Source: an uncultured Gemmatimonadaceae bacterium
GTDB taxonomy: Bacteria; Gemmatimonadota; Gemmatimonadetes; Gemmatimonadales; Gemmatimonadaceae
Assembly: GCA_963761305.1 (NCBI GenBank)
Contig: CAVXGK010000001.1
Coordinates: 1,696,001-1,760,000 of the forward strand
DNA length: 64,000 bases
Direction: 5' to 3'
Shown: positions 62,638 to 64,000 of the stretch, piece by piece
Layout: each line of letters opens with the position of its first letter
Numbering within the stretch: the stretch's first letter is position 1
Program-made: the position numbers and the translations under genes
Notes under the pieces: model-generated
Seen by the model: the letters and a program-made list of their open reading frames with translations, nothing else
Database searches by the model: none
Told to the model about the DNA's origin: nothing

Positions 62638-63340
62638 CCAACGGAAAGATAGCGCGCAATATTTACGAGCACAAAGAAGAGATCGCCAACTTCATCTTCC
62701 ACACGCTGTCTGAGTTCTTCCGGAAGCATGAGTTTTTCAGCAGGCGAATCAGCGGACGGAATCTTTTGCACCTGCTCCTGTAATTCATGTGTCTCTTCAG
62801 AGAGCTTCTCAAATAGGCCTTGCACTGTGGGCCAGTCAAAGCCAATATGTGCCGCCTTGGAGCTGATTTTGTGGGCCTCTTGCAGTCCCGGCATTTTGAA
62901 GAAACGCCATCCAGCAGCAGTTGCGGCTTGGTCTGCAAGCTTTCGCCGCTATTGTGCAAATTTTTTGCTTCTCTTCTGCTTTCAGGGCTTCCCAGTTCTT
63001 TAGCACCTGGGCAGAATCGTCTGCCTTTGTGTCGCCAAAAACATGGGGATGGCGGTGGATCAGCTTGTTACTAAGGGCATCAAGGACGTCGTCAATCGTG
63101 AATGAGCCCTGTTCCTGGGCCATTTCGGCATAAAACAGCACCTGCAGCAGCAGGTCTCCCAGTTCGCCTGTAAGCTCTTTCCAGTCCCTGTTTTCAATAG
63201 CTTCCAGAACTTCATAGGTTTCTTCCAGGGTGTAACGCTTGATTGTGTCGAAGGTTTGTTCACGGTCCCATGGCATTCGCCGGGCGCCCTAAGCCGGGCC
63301 ATGATAAAACTGCACGTTCGAATTTTGCGCCTGTTAACAC
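62638..63340 (-). CDS. mazG: MazG nucleoside triphosphate pyrophosphohydrolase (frameshifted, C-terminus cut at the junction)
   Basis: IMARLRAP..CPWDREQT, LEETYEV, ELGDLLLQVLFYA, KLIHRHPHVFG, GFDWP, EVGDLFFVLVNIARYL. Confidence 0.92.
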
Positions 63341-63436
63341 AAAAGTAATGTATCATTGCGGCGACTTTCCCAAAAAACTGCGTCGCGGCCAAAGTAACAG
63401 GCGACACTAAAAATACTGGCCTTTCCGGGGGTCTAA

Positions 63437-64000
63437 ATGCCTTTGTATTTGAAAAGCAGCGGCAAGAACGTTTTAAGAAGCGCATTGGACGCTCGCAAGC
63501 TGCTGCCATTCGCTTTCATGTTGATGCTTGCCTTCCTTGTGGCCATGGCCTGGGACAGCTTTTCCCGCACGCGCGAACTTCTGAGTTCACAAACGTACGT
63601 GGAGCATACCCACCAGGTCCTTTATGAACTGGATGCCATTCAAGATGGCTTGGGCGATGCGCGTGAAGCGTGGCTCCACTACATCCTGACGCCGGAACAA
63701 CAGGATCTTGATACCTTTGCGGAATCTCCAAGCAGATATGGAAACGCGTGGCGCTTGTGGAAGAGTTGACCAAAGGCGATCCACAAGAAGAAAGAATCAA
63801 ACAACTTCAGGTGTGGATCACGGAAGAATTGAAGCAGCTAAGCGACAACCTGCGTACCAACAAGACGCTGCTCATTTATCACAGCCCGGCAACCGACTTT
63901 AAGCAAGACCGGGTGCGCAACGCGGTACAGAAGTTCAAAGACGAACAAGAAGTCATTCTGCATGAGCGCAATCTGGCAACGCAGGCGCGGGCGCAGGAAG
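63437..64000 (+). CDS. CHASE3-domain sensor protein N-terminus (frameshifted, runs off the window)
   Basis: Transmembrane helix followed by YVEHTHQVLYEL..YILT.. Confidence 0.75.

Noticed and set aside
62638..63340. mazG as an abortive-infection component of the defence island
   Set aside because: It is the tandem-domain housekeeping type, has different base composition, and lies beyond an apparently chimeric junction.

Overview
High-GC bacterial sequence. The gene content suggests Gemmatimonadota by inference: a PadR/ADOP permease pair, an ECF sigma with HEAT-repeat proteins, a Ser/Thr kinase-TolB fusion, and VPS10-like and M14 secreted enzymes. Many genes carry single-base frameshifts typical of uncorrected long reads. 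Positions 1-41 kb hold housekeeping, transport and secreted-enzyme genes. Their intergenic spaces carry two families of large fold-back (REPIN/MITE-like) repeats and several short tandem repeats. Positions 41-62.6 kb form a defence/DNA-metabolism island: Uma2, a GHKL ATPase, Fic, HicB, DUF4160/DUF2442, a PafB/PafC-like WYL pair, a PD-(D/E)XK-like protein, McrBC, an HP0729-like protein with a HEPN-type RxxxxH motif, YbjN, a TM0106 nuclease-helicase, Vsr, a MutL/MORC ATPase and the start of a Z1 protein. The most notable observation is three copies of GACTGTCAG-N10-(T/G)A(C/G)(G/A)TTGAG. This matches the geometry of the actinobacterial PafBC/RecA-NDp promoter, and one copy sits in front of each of three transcription units of the island. 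It suggests a PafBC-type, nucleic-acid-sensing activator wired to a defence island outside Actinobacteria. An inverted array of 17-bp repeats lies next to pafC. At about 62,640 the sequence switches abruptly to lower-GC DNA (truncated mazG and a CHASE3 sensor), most likely a chimeric join.
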